A stretch of DNA of 64,000 nt from an uncultured Chloroflexia bacterium (GCA_963797095.1 CAWCNY010000003.1:960001-1024000); one strand, 5' to 3'. Shown: positions 36,792 to 45,643, counted from the first letter of the stretch. The notes: generated by a model from the letters alone, not told the origin. Made by a program: numbers and translations.

Positions 36792-36931
36792 GGATCAATT
36801 ATAGAACACGCCCAAAGTTCAAAAAGCACCCCTCGCGCCTATGTGCTACGAATGCAGTACTTCCCTTGGCGATCATGCCTGTCGAGTAGCATAATGGAGG
36901 CGGTAGATAACTACGGAAGGGGGCATGAATT

Positions 36932-37000
36932 ACACCCATTTGAGTGCCAAAACAAGCACTCAAATGGGTGTTGACAGGTTGCGTGTACAGGGGTTACAAT
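36932..37000 (+). promoter_or_regulatory. 16-bp-arm inverted repeat abutting a sigma70-type promoter
   Basis: ACACCCATTTGAGTGC-8nt-GCACTCAAATGGGTGT (36932-36971); TTGACA 36971-36976, 18-nt spacer, TACAAT 36995-37000. Confidence 0.7.
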
Positions 37001-37071
37001 GCTGTTTTATAGAATAGCACTTATGTCCGCAGAGACACGCAGTTTTAGAAATTATGATTTAGGAGAATTAG

Positions 37072-37275
37072 ATGAATAAGAACGCGATGCTTGAGATCAA
37101 TAGACATGGCGAAGTGCTGGGTAAGAACGGGGGGCCAATCGGTGGCGGCGACGAAGCCGGCGTGTTGAGTGTTTGGTACTTCAATGATTGGAAGGGCGTG
37201 GGCGTCTTGCCCCCAATGGAGGACGAAGACGGCACGGCACTGATTTTGATGGAGCGTCTCAATAAAGGCGAGTAG
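37072..37275 (+). CDS. Small hypothetical protein (67 aa)
   Basis: RBS AGGAG at 37061, consensus promoter upstream, hairpin downstream (37343-37374); no recognisable family. Confidence 0.6.
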   Translation: MNKNAMLEINRHGEVLGKNGGPIGGGDEAGVLSVWYFNDWKGVGVLPPMEDEDGTALILMERLNKGE

Positions 37276-37578
37276 GTTGCTTGCCCATCAAGAAATAGGG
37301 GAGCGCGGAACTAGCCTGCCTCTCCGACAAAGAGCACGCGCATAGCCGCGAGCTTTTAGCCACTCGCGGCTATAGACCGTATGGATAAAGACATGAGCTC
37401 GATATATCGAATGTTACTTGTAACATTCACCAGCGTCAACAGAGCTATCAACACAGTCCAAACGGTCAACCACTTGCGTGCTTCCTGCTGTAATCTTGAG
37501 TTGTAGTTCGTCTGTTCCGTGATGTTCAATTACCCCATCGACAGACTGCTTAGTGCGTATTTGTGAAGGAGGATATCC

Positions 37579-37776
37579 ATGCCAGAATCCAGTGCTGCCG
37601 ACCCGACGCCGCCCCCATCAAAAACCAATGTCGATGAAAGAGTAAAACCACCCGCCTCAAATGTGGGGCACGATGAACGTGAATGGAGCATAGATGAGGA
37701 AGGTGTTGTGGACGTGCCTAGCGACCACTCCGACCCCGATTTCAACGCCGATCTCGATCCGACCGACGCGCCCTGA
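37579..37776 (+). CDS. Small acidic, probably disordered hypothetical protein (65 aa)
   Basis: Strong RBS AAGGAGG just upstream of the ATG; D/E/P-rich. Confidence 0.55.
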   Translation: MPESSAADPTPPPSKTNVDERVKPPASNVGHDEREWSIDEEGVVDVPSDHSDPDFNADLDPTDAP

Positions 37777-37909
37777 CCGGCTGCCTTATGGCTAATCCGC
37801 GGCGGAGACCCGCTGAAGCTGCCCGAGCCGTAATCAAGAGTGTTCGAGGCTGTGAACGATTGAGCCGGAATATCCCCTGAACGTTACCATATTGGCTCGC
37901 TCCACTGGT

Positions 37910-38443
37910 TCACTCGCCCCTGCTCTGCTCCCCGGCCCAAAGAACCCAATCGGGGGCGGATCCCGTTTTCTGCCCAAGCAGCAGATTCAGCTGTGCGGCA
38001 TGTCCCTGAACGTGGCGCATGTTGTACAGCAATAGCTCCGCGAAACTGACCTCGCCCCACCCAAATCGGCAGCTCCGCTCCGCCGCTTCGTCGGTCAGTG
38101 CCTCAATCGTCGCCCGGCATTTCTTGCGGCAATTGCCAAGGTAGGACTGGAGTTCCTCTTTCGTGTAGGCCCCTTCAGGCACCGGACCGTCCTCGTCCTG
38201 CTCAATCAGCGCGAAGGGAGCCGGGGGAGCGAAGCCTTCCTCGGCCCCGGTCAGGTAGAGGTCGAGCCAGAACAACGCGTGATAGACGATATACCAGAAC
38301 TGAGACAACTCCGGTCGCTCCGAGGGGTGTTCCCATAGGCGGGCATGCCACAATTCGTCCGGGCAGGCGTGAAGAGCGTTGCCGAGATCGTCAATAGCTG
38401 CTCCGAACTGCTGCCAGACGATCGTTCTCCAGGAGGTGTTCAT
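37910..38443 (-). CDS. DinB family protein
   Basis: QFGAAID.L..A..ACPDELW, FWYIVYHALFWLDLYL, ELLLYNMRHVQGHAAQL; start placed at MNTSWR. Confidence 0.85.
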   Translation of the reverse strand: MNTSWRTIVWQQFGAAIDDLGNALHACPDELWHARLWEHPSERPELSQFWYIVYHALFWLDLYLTGAEEGFAPPAPFALIEQDEDGPVPEGAYTKEELQSYLGNCRKKCRATIEALTDEAAERSCRFGWGEVSFAELLLYNMRHVQGHAAQLNLLLGQKTGSAPDWVLWAGEQSRGE

Positions 38444-38525
38444 TTCGAGACTCCTGTGGATTTCCGCTGTGGATTCAATCAGCATTGGTGGTCAGGCGCC
38501 GGTGGTTGCAGGTGAAGAACAAAAT

Positions 38526-39017
38526 CTACTGGTGGCAATAGACGTAGAAGATGTAATCCTGGGAGCTTGTCTCGACTCCCAGATCGTTGAGCAATCTGAG
38601 AATTTGCGCGCGGTGGTCTGTGCCGTGATTGACCACATGGAGAAGCACCTGCCACACGATGAGGTCTCTGTCCTCGTCCGGTTCTTCAATGGGCTTATCG
38701 AACAACATATCGTCCTGCAACTCTGCAAGATAATCACACATATTTTGCTCAACGCTGTCCCAGCGCTCGCGAATGATTTCACGGTCGTCAAAGTCAGCGG
38801 GAGGAAACGATTCTGAGGGTTCGATACCTCGCAGTTCGCTGAACCATACGTCATCCACGCCCATGAGATGGACGATCTGGTCTCGAACAGACCCGTGAGA
38901 GTAGCTTACGTTTTGCGTGAACTGTTCATGGGAAAGCTGAGTGATGTAACTGTCCCATATCTTGCGGTTTTCAGCGAAATGATAGCCGTAGAAATGGCGA
39001 AAGGCGTTTGCGTCCAT
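38526..39017 (-). CDS. DinB family protein
   Basis: GSVRDQIVHL, WQVLLHVVNHGTDHRAQI...L..LG; RBS GGAG. Confidence 0.9.
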   Translation of the reverse strand: MDANAFRHFYGYHFAENRKIWDSYITQLSHEQFTQNVSYSHGSVRDQIVHLMGVDDVWFSELRGIEPSESFPPADFDDREIIRERWDSVEQNMCDYLAELQDDMLFDKPIEEPDEDRDLIVWQVLLHVVNHGTDHRAQILRLLNDLGVETSSQDYIFYVYCHQ

Positions 39018-39157
39018 GTTGTCTCACTCCTCTCCTTATGCTATAGCAGTAGTCTCTCCAGGGCCTATCACTTCAGCCCTGTGACCAGGCGTCGTTGCAA
39101 CATTCCGGTTTTCGGCCTACCTTCCTCACACTCCATAAATTCCGTGCGCTTGCTTCC

Positions 39158-40378
39158 CTAAGCGACATCCGCAAATTCCACCGCCACTTTCGTATCGAGA
39201 AAGCCTTCCAGTCGCGCCGCCTCGGTCTCTATCTCTCTGCGAACCCTGTCGACAGGCGTGGCAAACATTCTGACCTTCACAAGCGTTTGACCCTTCCGCG
39301 TTTCGTACTCCCACACTCCCTCTATCCTTCCGTCCACAAGCACCACCGCGCTAATCCACGCCGCAGGACGAAACACCTTGTCTTTATGCTCGCTGACAAG
39401 CAACGGCTCAATGTTACGACTTTGCGTCAGCACATACACATCAAACATGGGCAGCAATCTTACGGTGTGCACATTCTGCACACCCTGCTCCACTTTCACT
39501 TTCTCTATAGATTCAATCGTCGAGGCGAGCACTGATGCCTTCCACCCCTCCACGTCCACCGTCTCCACTTCATCTCCCAGCGCCTCGAACATCTTCTTCC
39601 CGAAGGTCCTCCCTCCGCCGTTCCACCAGAAGCTGAAGTCTCGGGGTGTGGCTGGGCCGTACGTCCGCAGGTAGCGCTGTGTGACCTCCCGCTGCGCCTC
39701 CTTCGGCTCCCACTCCTTCCACTCTTTCAGCCTGAGCCACTTGCGGGGGTTCACAAAGGTCTTATTAGTGCCCTCACCAGGGCCGAAGCAAAGCTCGCCT
39801 CTGTACATAGACGGCTTCCAGAGCGTGCCCCAACTTGACCCAAGCAGCGCCCTGCTCACCTCAGGCGTCTTCATCCGCTCGGCCACGCCGTTCGCCAGCG
39901 CTTCCCGCGTCATCGGCTCATCTCCAGCGTCGCCAAGCACTTCAGGCACTGCCAGCAAGAACTCATCGTACTGCGCCTCGGTAAACCCAGATTGGAGGAA
40001 GTCGTGGAGCCGGTGCCGCCTCCCATCCGCGCAGCGAGCCGCCACCAGCAGGGGAAGGTCCTCGGCGGCAAACAGATGGATAGTGCCGCGCATGGCCCAC
40101 GTCTTGACGAGCGTGCGATCCTGCCACAGCGCCCTCTGCACATCTGCGCGCTTCAGCCCGTCCACCCGTGCCCCGATCGCCAACTCGGCAGCCGACATGA
40201 CCTGCGCTTGCACACCAAGCACGCGCTCAACTGCCCCGACAAAGTTGCGTTGCTCCAATCTCCCTGCCAGGAAGTGTTGCTCCAACCTCCCTGCCAGGAA
40301 GTGTTGCTCCAACCTCCCTGCCAGGAAGTGTTGCTCCAACCTCCACGCGCGCACCTGTGCCCATGTCAATGAAATCAT
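39158..40378 (-). CDS. AlkZ/YcaQ-family (HTH_42) winged-helix DNA glycosylase-like protein
   Basis: GVQAQ catalytic-type QxQ motif, W.MRGTIHL, RYLRTYGPAT..DF.WW, LLPMFDVY, VLVDGRIEGVW. Confidence 0.85.
   Translation of the reverse strand: MISLTWAQVRAWRLEQHFLAGRLEQHFLAGRLEQHFLAGRLEQRNFVGAVERVLGVQAQVMSAAELAIGARVDGLKRADVQRALWQDRTLVKTWAMRGTIHLFAAEDLPLLVAARCADGRRHRLHDFLQSGFTEAQYDEFLLAVPEVLGDAGDEPMTREALANGVAERMKTPEVSRALLGSSWGTLWKPSMYRGELCFGPGEGTNKTFVNPRKWLRLKEWKEWEPKEAQREVTQRYLRTYGPATPRDFSFWWNGGGRTFGKKMFEALGDEVETVDVEGWKASVLASTIESIEKVKVEQGVQNVHTVRLLPMFDVYVLTQSRNIEPLLVSEHKDKVFRPAAWISAVVLVDGRIEGVWEYETRKGQTLVKVRMFATPVDRVRREIETEAARLEGFLDTKVAVEFADVA
40250..40344. repeat. In-frame 27-bp tandem repeat (3.5 copies) in the AlkZ-like gene
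   Basis: TTGCTCCAA(C/T)CTCCCTGCCAGGAAGTG x3 plus partial; encodes RLEQHFLAG x3. Confidence 0.95.
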
Positions 40379-40572
40379 CAGCTACAATTGGTCCTTTTGC
40401 GGCTCCCGCTCTCTACCATCCTGAGTAGCCAGGCCCAGTGCTTATTGCTTCATGCTCCCGACCTCTCAGCAACCCCACAAATTACCTGTTCGATCTCCTG
40501 GCTATTTTGCCCCCTTGAAATCGCGGCGTGAGGGCGTGCAGACCGCTGCAACGCAGGTCATTTCACGGCACG

Positions 40573-40601
40573 ATTATAGCACAAAAGTTCTGAGAGATCA
40601 A
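40573..40601 (-). promoter_or_regulatory. Promoter with overlapping SOS (LexA) box-like site
   Basis: Minus strand TTGATC-17nt-TATAAT with AGAAC-TTTT-GTGCT (40578-40591), one mismatch from AGAAC-N4-GTTCT. Confidence 0.6.
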
Positions 40602-40727
40602 TGATATGACGCTGCGGCCGCCCGCGCCGCTACGGTAGCCGCCTAGCAACGCGGCTTGCTTACACCTTGGCGTAGGTGACAGGCCGGGTCTGGCACTCAA
40701 TCGGACCTGTCATCCAATGTCTTGCGC

Positions 40728-42131
40728 TCAGGAAAGAGGCAGCTTAGTTGTGTCCGGACCCGTCAGCCACGATAGCAGCCAGTCGACCAACAGGTGCACA
40801 CGGTTACGCCAGGAGGGGATGTGCAATATGTAGTAACCGTGCCACATGATCCATGCCGGCAGGCCCGTGAACGTGAATGGCCCGATCTCGGCTACACCCG
40901 TGTAGTTGCCTAAAAGAGCGAGGTGGCCCAGGGGCTTGAACCGGAATGGTGGAGCCTCCTGTCCACGTACCGCTGCCGCGATGGCCTTGCCCACGTAGGT
41001 ACCCTGGTGTTCGGCGGCCTGCGCTGTGGGCGGAATGGGTTGGTGAGTGACCGCATCATATGCCCATGCTACATCCCCAACTGCGTAGACCTCGGGGTGG
41101 TTGGGCAGGCTAAGATGCTCGTTCACCATCAGCGCGCCGTTCGGAGCGTGCTCACCTGGGAGGGATTGGACAATGTCCGGGGCGGTGATGCCCGCTGCCC
41201 AAAAGAGCGTCCGGCATGGGATCTCACCCTTGTCGGTCAGCACCGCGTGGTCCGTGGCTCCCAACACAGATACGCCGGTCATGACCTCTATACCCTCGGC
41301 CTCCAGTGTTCGCCTTATCGCATCGGAAGCCTTTGGTGTGCCCATCGGCACCACTCGCGGGGCGTGGCCCACGACCACAATCCGCATGGGTTCGTGGGCC
41401 AGCCACGGGTAGCGAGCGAACATGCCTCCCACCAGGTAGGAGTGGACCGTAGCAGCCAGCTCAACGCCTGTATCCCCGGCTCCTCCCACTACAAAAGTCA
41501 GCAATTCCATCCTTTCTGCCGGGTCTGTAGCCCTGTGGGCGTTCTCTATGGCCTCGATGAGGTGGTTGCGTAGCTGCAAGGCGTCGGCGGGATTATGAAA
41601 GAGCAACGCGTGTTCGCGCAGACCGGGAAGGTCGGGGACGGCTGTTCTGCTACCGAGGGCGATCACAAGATAATCATATGGGCGTGGACCCGCAGTGGTG
41701 GTCGCCATCCGTTCCTCCAGGTCGACCCCTGTCACATCGGCATACAGCACATGGAAACTTCGACCCCTCTGGAAGGCTCGCACCGGAACCATCACGTCGC
41801 TTGGATTAGCCCTGCCGTTGGCTACAATCCAGAGGAGCGGAGCAAAGAGCAGGTCGTTGTTGCGGTCGGCGAGGAGAATGCTCGTGCTGGGCTCCCCTCG
41901 CAGCTGGCGGTCCAGCTCAAGCGCAGCGTGAAGGCCCCCGAAGCCCGCGCCCAGGATCAAAATGCGGTGGCGGGCTTCGCGGTACTCTGCCTCGGTCTGG
42001 CTGGTGTGCCACTCAAGCCTAAACAGCTGCCCGTCACTATTCCGCCTGCGGGCGAGAAGGACAAGACCTGCTAAATTTCGCCTGCGGGCGAGAAGGACAA
42101 GACCTGCTAACGCGGCAGTTCCCAGAGCCAC
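40728..42131 (-). CDS. ndh: Type II NADH dehydrogenase-like FAD-dependent oxidoreductase
   Basis: ILGAGFGG, YDYLVIALGS, VVGGAGDTGVELA, WAAG, VYAVGD, PPTAQAAEHQG, AWIMWHGYY; exact start uncertain. Confidence 0.85.
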   Translation of the reverse strand: MALGTAALAGLVLLARRRNLAGLVLLARRRNSDGQLFRLEWHTSQTEAEYREARHRILILGAGFGGLHAALELDRQLRGEPSTSILLADRNNDLLFAPLLWIVANGRANPSDVMVPVRAFQRGRSFHVLYADVTGVDLEERMATTTAGPRPYDYLVIALGSRTAVPDLPGLREHALLFHNPADALQLRNHLIEAIENAHRATDPAERMELLTFVVGGAGDTGVELAATVHSYLVGGMFARYPWLAHEPMRIVVVGHAPRVVPMGTPKASDAIRRTLEAEGIEVMTGVSVLGATDHAVLTDKGEIPCRTLFWAAGITAPDIVQSLPGEHAPNGALMVNEHLSLPNHPEVYAVGDVAWAYDAVTHQPIPPTAQAAEHQGTYVGKAIAAAVRGQEAPPFRFKPLGHLALLGNYTGVAEIGPFTFTGLPAWIMWHGYYILHIPSWRNRVHLLVDWLLSWLTGPDTTKLPLS

Positions 42132-42329
42132 TTGCTTAATGAATGAATTCAGCTTGAGGACACCTCCGCCAGGTACTTGCCATCAGGGGCACTACCTGGG
42201 CGCTATGTCGGGTGCGGCCGGTTGTGGGCGATCATATCGGCCAGTCTCCCCGAATTGACCGTTTCCGATTGCAGCAAGACCTGGGCCACCTGGTCTTGCT
42301 GAGCGCGAGAGCCGGTTCAAGATACACGC

Positions 42330-42941
42330 CTACTGGCCCATATGCGCCACCGCGGGTTGGTCCATGAAGTGCCAGCGCACGGAATCCTGTGGCCGGTCGG
42401 GCGTGTGCAGCACCAGAATGAACTGCGCCTCTTCGTCTCCGGGGTTGTGGCTGAGGTGGGGCAAACCAGCCTCAAAGAGCAGCATGTCCCCAGGTTCCAG
42501 GATGTAAGTGGCTTCAGCCACCTCATACCTGATGGTGCCCTTTAGGCAGCAGACGAATTCATGGCCGCTGTGGATCACGCGGCCGCTCCCGATGTTCGAG
42601 TGAGGGGCGAGTGTGAGTAAGAAAGGTTGGATCTGTTGTTTCTCCAACTGCATACCCATGCCCTCTATGGCTACGCCCCGGCTGGTTATCAGTGGGCCTT
42701 GCCCGGCCTTCACATAGATGACGCTGGTCTGCTGGTCGGTTTCGAAGAAGTAGCTCATCTTGACATTGAGGGCGGTGGCCAGTCGCTGCAAAGTAGCCAC
42801 GTTGGGCGAGATCTCGTCGCGCTCAATGAGACTGACTGCGTTCAGCGACAGCCCGCACTGTGCCGCCAACTCTTTCTGAGATAAATTCAGCTCCCTGCGC
42901 AGTTCGCGCAACCTGGCACCGACCGAGAATTGGTTATCCAC
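42330..42941 (-). CDS. XRE-family HTH regulator with cupin sensor domain
   Basis: LRELRRELNLSQKELA...SLIERDEISPNVATL; cupin HSGHEFVCCLKG...LEPGD...PH. Confidence 0.92.
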   Translation of the reverse strand: MDNQFSVGARLRELRRELNLSQKELAAQCGLSLNAVSLIERDEISPNVATLQRLATALNVKMSYFFETDQQTSVIYVKAGQGPLITSRGVAIEGMGMQLEKQQIQPFLLTLAPHSNIGSGRVIHSGHEFVCCLKGTIRYEVAEATYILEPGDMLLFEAGLPHLSHNPGDEEAQFILVLHTPDRPQDSVRWHFMDQPAVAHMGQ

Positions 42942-42952
42942 CGCTTACCCCC

Positions 42953-43064
42953 TTGACAAATTACCAATATAGTGGTATATATTATGTAGAAGATGGCATA
43001 TATGACTAGTAAGTTAGGAAAAGTGCCCAAATTATTGGTAATGACGCTTCCCTGCACTATTATA
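42953..43064. promoter_or_regulatory. Divergent promoter region with repeated imperfect palindromes
   Basis: TTGACA (42953)-17nt-TATATA on +; TGGTATAAT on - (~43059-43067); TTACCAATATAGTGGTAT (42961) and inverted copy TGCCCAAATTATTGGTAA (43024). Confidence 0.55.
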
Positions 43065-43183
43065 CCACTTCTTACGGCGCTTGCGGTGATTGGTCGCGAG
43101 AATATCAATGCGCTCACAATTTGTATGGGAACAGGCGATTTCGATGATAGGAAGGCCGTTCCCGGAAAGCTGGAGGCGATGTT

Positions 43184-43423
43184 ATGGAAGGAATCAGCAT
43201 TACCAGAGAGTGCGCTGACCAGCGGAGCTTCTGCTGGCCCCCTCTCATGGAGTTGATCCGCAGCCTGAGGCTGGCACAAACAGGAGATGTGTTGGCGATT
43301 CTCGCCAACGACGAAGAAAGCAAAGAGGTGATTCCGCTCTGGGTCGACAAAGCCGGAGAGGAACTCCTCGGCATCGAGACACTCGGCGACGTGACGCGTT
43401 TCGTCGTACGCAAAGTACGATAA
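43184..43423 (+). CDS. TusA-family sulfurtransferase (variant motif)
   Basis: SFCWPPLMELIR...GDVLAIL..D..S...IP.WV.KAG...F.VRK; RBS GGAGG. Confidence 0.75.
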   Translation: MEGISITRECADQRSFCWPPLMELIRSLRLAQTGDVLAILANDEESKEVIPLWVDKAGEELLGIETLGDVTRFVVRKVR

Positions 43424-43434
43424 GGAGAAATCAA

Positions 43435-43698
43435 ATGGCTACTATGACTGATATTGACCTGACGACTATTAGTGCTGCCAAGACTGTCGATGCCAGGGCG
43501 ATGGCTTGCCCCGGCCCCCTGCTGGAGGCCAAGAAAGGGATCGGCCTGGTCAGGGTCGGCGAGGTACTGGAGATCTGGTCGGGCGATGCCGGTACAAAGA
43601 AGGATATGCCGATGTGGTGCGCCAAGGTTGGACATGATTTTCTCGGCGTAGTTCCCGCCGACGGCTACGACCGCCTTCTCATTCGTCGAATGAAGTAG
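43435..43698 (+). CDS. tusA: TusA-family sulfurtransferase
   Basis: VDARAMACPGPLLEAKK...GEVLEI...D.GT..D.P.W....GH; RBS AAGGAG. Confidence 0.9.
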   Translation: MATMTDIDLTTISAAKTVDARAMACPGPLLEAKKGIGLVRVGEVLEIWSGDAGTKKDMPMWCAKVGHDFLGVVPADGYDRLLIRRMK

Positions 43699-43779
43699 CG
43701 CTCTCTCAGAGCGCGGCCAGGTCTGGCAGGTTGTCAGGTCCTACAGCCTGCCTGCTGAGACCCGGAAGGATGTGCACCT

Positions 43780-44307
43780 ATGCCGGATAAATCACAAACG
43801 GCCACCATGCCGAAGATCCTTATCCTGGGGACGCTATCGGGCGGCTACCGGGGAGCCGACTCCACCGGGCAGTCGCACCTGGAGTACCCGGCCAACACAT
43901 ACATACTGCCAATCAGAACTGCGGCCATTTTCCCTCCACGCTTCTATCTGGACGCTTTTCGGCGCGGCATCGACGGCATCATTGTGATGTACAGCGGTAC
44001 CGATAGCCCATACAAAGGCGACTCCGAGCGGACCGGCCAGATCATCAACGAAACCTACAAGTCGATGAAGGAACAAGGCCTTGACACGAGGCGTCTGCGC
44101 CTGACGGCGATCTGCACAGTGTGCATGCGCCCGTTCCTCAAAGAGATCCACGAGATGAACGCCCTGCTCGACGAGATCGGCCCGGCGCTGGAGGTTCGGG
44201 ATGCCGAAGGCGGGGTGCGGGATTCCCATTTGAGTCCCGCAGTCCTCACACATGAAGCAAGCCTTCGGCACTCCGCAGTGAAAGGACAATCGTATGGCAC
44301 CCAATAG
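43780..44307 (+). CDS. MvhD/FlpD-like hydrogenase iron-sulfur subunit homologue (Cys-depleted)
   Basis: Y.GAD..G.....YP, AF..G.DGI.V, G.D..RL.L..ICTVC..PF pattern; overlaps hdrA-like gene. Confidence 0.75.
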   Translation: MPDKSQTATMPKILILGTLSGGYRGADSTGQSHLEYPANTYILPIRTAAIFPPRFYLDAFRRGIDGIIVMYSGTDSPYKGDSERTGQIINETYKSMKEQGLDTRRLRLTAICTVCMRPFLKEIHEMNALLDEIGPALEVRDAEGGVRDSHLSPAVLTHEASLRHSAVKGQSYGTQ

Positions 44308-45643
44308 CCTACAGGTAGATGTGCTGGTTATCGGGGGCGGGATCGCCGGTATGCAGGCGTCTCTGGACCTCGCCGACCAGGGTTACCGGGTGGCCCTGGT
44401 GGAGAAAAGCCCAAGCGTCGGGGGCAAAATGATCGGGCTGAGCAAGGTCTTCCCCACCCTCGACTGCGCGAGCTGTATCACGACCCCTAAAATGTCGGCT
44501 GTCGCTCACCACGATAATATCGACCTGATAACCTACAGCGAGGTGCAGTCTCTGTCGCGCGACGAGGGCGGCTTTGTCGCCCAGGTGTTGAAGAAGCCAC
44601 GCTATGTGAACGAAGACGATTGCACCGGCTGCCGCTCTTGCGAGCTTGCCTGCCCCCTCGATCTCCCCGACGGCGAGAACGAGTTTGGTCGCACCGCGCA
44701 CCGGGTGGCATACATCCCCTTCCCCACGGCTGTGCCCCAGAAAGCACTTATCGATATCGACCACTGCATCTTTTGCGGCAAGTGCATCCAGGCCTGCCCG
44801 GCGAACGCTATCGACTTCAACCAGCAACCTCAAAATATCGAGGTGCGGGCCGATACCATTATCCTGGCCACAGGCTTTGAAACAACCCCTCGCGATGCCA
44901 AAAAGGAATACGGCTCCGGCAAGCTGCGAAATGTGATCGACGGCCGGATGATGGAGCGTTTGTTGGCCCCCACCGGTCCTTATGGACGCGTGCTGAGGCC
45001 GTCCGACGGCAAGCAGCCCTCTTCCATAGCATACGTTCAATGTGCAGGCTCGCGTGACCTGACGCTCGGTGTGCCATATTGCTCGCGGGTCTGCTGCATG
45101 TACGCCATCAAGCAATCGATCCTCCTCTCCGGCACTCTGCCCATGGCCGATATCACCATTTACTACATGGACATACGCACGTTCGGCAAGGGCTACGAGC
45201 AGTTCTACCAGAGCGCTAAAGCGATGGGCATCGAGTTCGTCAGAGGCAAGGTGGCGCGCGTAAGCGAAGACTCTGACGAGAATCCCGTCGTGCGGGTGGA
45301 ATTGATCGAGGACGATTCGAGGGTAGTCGAGCGCAAGCACGACCTGGTAGTGCTCTCGACGGGCATGCTGCCGGGGTGGAACTCGGAGAACATATTCGGA
45401 GTGGCAAAGGCTGACGACGGCTTCATTCAGATACCCAATTGCAATGTCGCTCCATCAGTGACGATGCGGGAGGGCGTCTTCGCCACAGGCACAGCGACCG
45501 GCCCCATGGATATTGTGGACAGCATCATGACGGCAGGGGCCGCGGCTGCCGAGGTTGCGGCCTACTTGCAGGCCAAGCGTGCCGGCGCTCCGGTGCCAAG
45601 CACCGCTGAAGTCACACCGGAGAGGAGTCTTGTATATGTCTGA
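44294..45643 (+). CDS. hdrA: Heterodisulfide reductase subunit A-like flavoprotein (short form)
   Basis: IGGGIAG, KVFPTLDCASCI, two CxxCxxCxxxCP motifs, CAGSRD...YCSRVCCMYAIK, YMDIR. Confidence 0.92.
   Translation: MAPNSLQVDVLVIGGGIAGMQASLDLADQGYRVALVEKSPSVGGKMIGLSKVFPTLDCASCITTPKMSAVAHHDNIDLITYSEVQSLSRDEGGFVAQVLKKPRYVNEDDCTGCRSCELACPLDLPDGENEFGRTAHRVAYIPFPTAVPQKALIDIDHCIFCGKCIQACPANAIDFNQQPQNIEVRADTIILATGFETTPRDAKKEYGSGKLRNVIDGRMMERLLAPTGPYGRVLRPSDGKQPSSIAYVQCAGSRDLTLGVPYCSRVCCMYAIKQSILLSGTLPMADITIYYMDIRTFGKGYEQFYQSAKAMGIEFVRGKVARVSEDSDENPVVRVELIEDDSRVVERKHDLVVLSTGMLPGWNSENIFGVAKADDGFIQIPNCNVAPSVTMREGVFATGTATGPMDIVDSIMTAGAAAAEVAAYLQAKRAGAPVPSTAEVTPERSLVYV

Noticed and set aside
40250-40344. 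27-bp direct repeats as a mini CRISPR array
   Set aside because: Repeats are contiguous with no spacers, lie in frame within a CDS, and no cas genes are present
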